Below, in pieces: positions 39,701-42,700 of a stretch of DNA of 64,000 bases. Position numbers and translations under genes: made by a program. The notes under the pieces are model-generated. The model did no database searches. It was not told the origin of the DNA and saw only the letters and a program-made list of their open reading frames with translations. Source of the DNA: Promethearchaeota archaeon. Lineage in GTDB: Archaea; Asgardarchaeota; Lokiarchaeia; Sigyniarchaeales; SOKP01. The stretch is from positions 1 through 64,000 of the forward strand of contig JAHPZE010000022.1 of the NCBI GenBank assembly GCA_019058365.1, in the 5' to 3' direction. Numbering within the stretch: the first letter of the stretch is position 1; every line of letters begins with the position of its first letter.

Positions 39701-42700
39701 ATCCGATACAGCTACATCTCAATCTCGAATTTCTGCCTGGAATGATTGCGTTTGAGCCTCACAGGCAAGCTCTTCGCGTCTGGAGTGAGGAAAATCCAGA
39801 AGGCATCAACCTTAACCCCCCTTCCGATTTAACACTTCCCGAATTTGAGCTCTACATAAAGAATAAATTAGGATTAGATCGAAGCCAAGAAGTTTTTCTT
39901 GCGTTAACCCTAGTTGATGAGAGTACCAATGAGATAATCCAAATCAGAGTTGATGAGAAGATTGGTGATTTAGAGATTGACGATCAAACCACCATTGGTG
40001 AGATTTCCAATGCTATGAATGGATATAATTTATATATAATGCCTCTGACTGCGGGCGCTTGGGGTGGTATTAATTATGATCCAAATTATATTGTACCTAT
40101 TTATGATTGGTTGTTTGAACCCCCTTCTGTAAAGATTATAAGAGAAAAGATGGGAACACTATTTGATTCTGAAATTATATCCAAATATTTTAGTGATCCT
40201 GTATTACAAGAGCAACTTATAAACATATATTACCAAGTTATCACCCCTACAGCTAGAGCTTATTTGGATAAGATTTCTACAGGAACAGTAGGATCCGTTT
40301 TTGGAGCCAATTCTATATTTAGTGGGAAAAATTCGTTTGAATGGATTTCCAGAACTGCAGAATTTTATTATTTGTTACAGTTAGAAAATTCTCCTCAATA
40401 TAAAAATATGAATCTAAAACTAAAGAATGCAAAAATTAAAGAATTCAAAGCATATATCAGTGAAATAATCGAATTTGTATTGAAGCCTCGATTCGAGAAC
40501 ACATTTGATGATGCTAATAAAGGCTTAGATTTTATTAAATCTTTATTAGAAGAGAGTGCCCGATATGCAATTATGGAAATGATTTTGTTACAAATTACAG
40601 ATGGAGGTAAAACTAAATTAGAAGGATCTGAGTTAGCTTCCAAATTAGAAAACTTTTTAGCTAGTTATGACAAGAATAAGTTCATTAAAGAGTTTAATAA
40701 AAAAGGTACTAAATTTGTGCAACTCCGTTTCATGGAGAGCATGCTTACAGGTGAGTGGGATACACAGATGCGCTTTGATTACACTCCATATGAAATTGGC
40801 TGGTACCGTGAGACTTTTTCATTTATGTTCCTTATTAGTGATTCTCTTATTAAATTGTTTTTTGATGATGAGTTTGACTTAATGGCGGGGTATGATAGTA
40901 GTGCAGATAAGCATACAAGAATTCAATTTTATCAGACAATTTCGTATAATCCAAAATATGTTCACAAAGATTTTAAAGATTTTATTGATACCGATCTTGA
41001 AGCCGTTTATAAAAAGTTAAATAATGGGTTAGCTGAAACTTTTGGAAATTTAAAGAAGCAGAATTTCAGAATCACTGACCTCTTCCAGATGTATATTAAG
41101 GGACTAGCATATATCAATTATGCCATCAAGAATTCTAGGACCTCTGATAACGAACTAATGCTTAATAATATCGCAATGGATACTTTAAGCACTATTTTTG
41201 GTGCGTTCTTTAAAAAAATATCTGATAAAGGTACAGCAGCTGAGATTGAGAAACAAATAGAAGTATTAGTAGTTGCTAGTAAGGTTGGAGAGATTGCTCC
41301 TATTGGTAAGATTATTAATACTATAGTAGAGACGCATAAATTAAGTCAGCTCCATCAAGCGGGAAAAGAAGATGGTTTTTGGGTAGAGGGTGAAGGAACA
41401 GGTAAAGGTCCTGACCAAATGGAATTCTATATTACTATAGCAGATAAAATAAATGAGAAGTTAAAATCAGAGTCTATTGATAGATCCGATATTAATAAAG
41501 TTGTAAAGAAAATTCAATCTTATTTAAAAGATGTGGATTTCAAAGATGAAATTAAAGATATAGCTAAAGATATTTTAGGAGCAGCCTATAAAGATATGGC
41601 GGTCAGTGAGATTTATAATATTGTTAATAAAGAGTTCATAGGGGGTAATCTGAAGAGAATACTTAAACAAGATGATCAGGGTAACTATCAACTTGAGTGG
41701 GATATAACAATAAATGTATATAAACGTACTGATATTGATATTGACGAGGCAAAATTAGCGAATTCAGGACTTTTCTTTGTTATAAAAGATAGAAGTGGAA
41801 AATTAGCTAAGATGACTTATTCCCAAGTTAAGCAAATGTATCCTAAATTTGATTTTAAACAAGCATGGATAGCCGTAAAGGATAGGAATAGTGGCAATGG
41901 ATTAATGTCAGCAACAGAGAAGATCAATGATTTACCAGATTCATTGGAGAATGATATTTCAGATAAGTTTGGGGATATTGAAGGAGTCTATATAACAGAC
42001 CATAGTGGAAAACTCTTACTCGGAAGGATATTTCTTGACAAAGATTTCTATGAATTTGCTGTTATGGAGGATGCAGAGATTTCTCAGCTCTTAAGAGAAA
42101 GTATAGAGCATATTAAGAATTATGATTTCCCCGGCGCTGATAGGATCAATGAATTTTTCCATCTTACATATTTACGTTCGATTTCTTGGAAGACGGGAGG
42201 GAGAATTAGCTCAATTATTCAAGATGTTGATTCAGCAATCATCCCTACAGGACCTCATAAATCAATTTTTTCCATAGAGAGAGCAGCAGTTATTCTAGGG
42301 AAAGAACATGTGATACTCAATCCAGACCGAAATAAAATTACTGAATTGAAAGGGGAATTATCTGCATTATTGAATGTTATTAATCAACTAGGTGGACTGT
42401 ATACTTCCCACGAATTATATAAAGAGAGTGAAATAACTCCTAAGATATTTCCAACTAAAGATTTTGCCAATTTACATTCAAAAGAGAAGATATTTGGAAT
42501 TAATGAATTTAGAACAATGTTAGAAAAAGTGGTGCCAAAGCAAGGAGGGTGGCTGCACAATAAAGATCCTTCCAACCCGTTACTTTCAGATTATTGGTAT
42601 GAACATCTTGCACGATTTTCTGAATATTCTTATAATAATAAGCTAACAAAGGAACAATTTTATAAGAATTGGCTTTTAATAATTCAGAATGATTTAGAGA

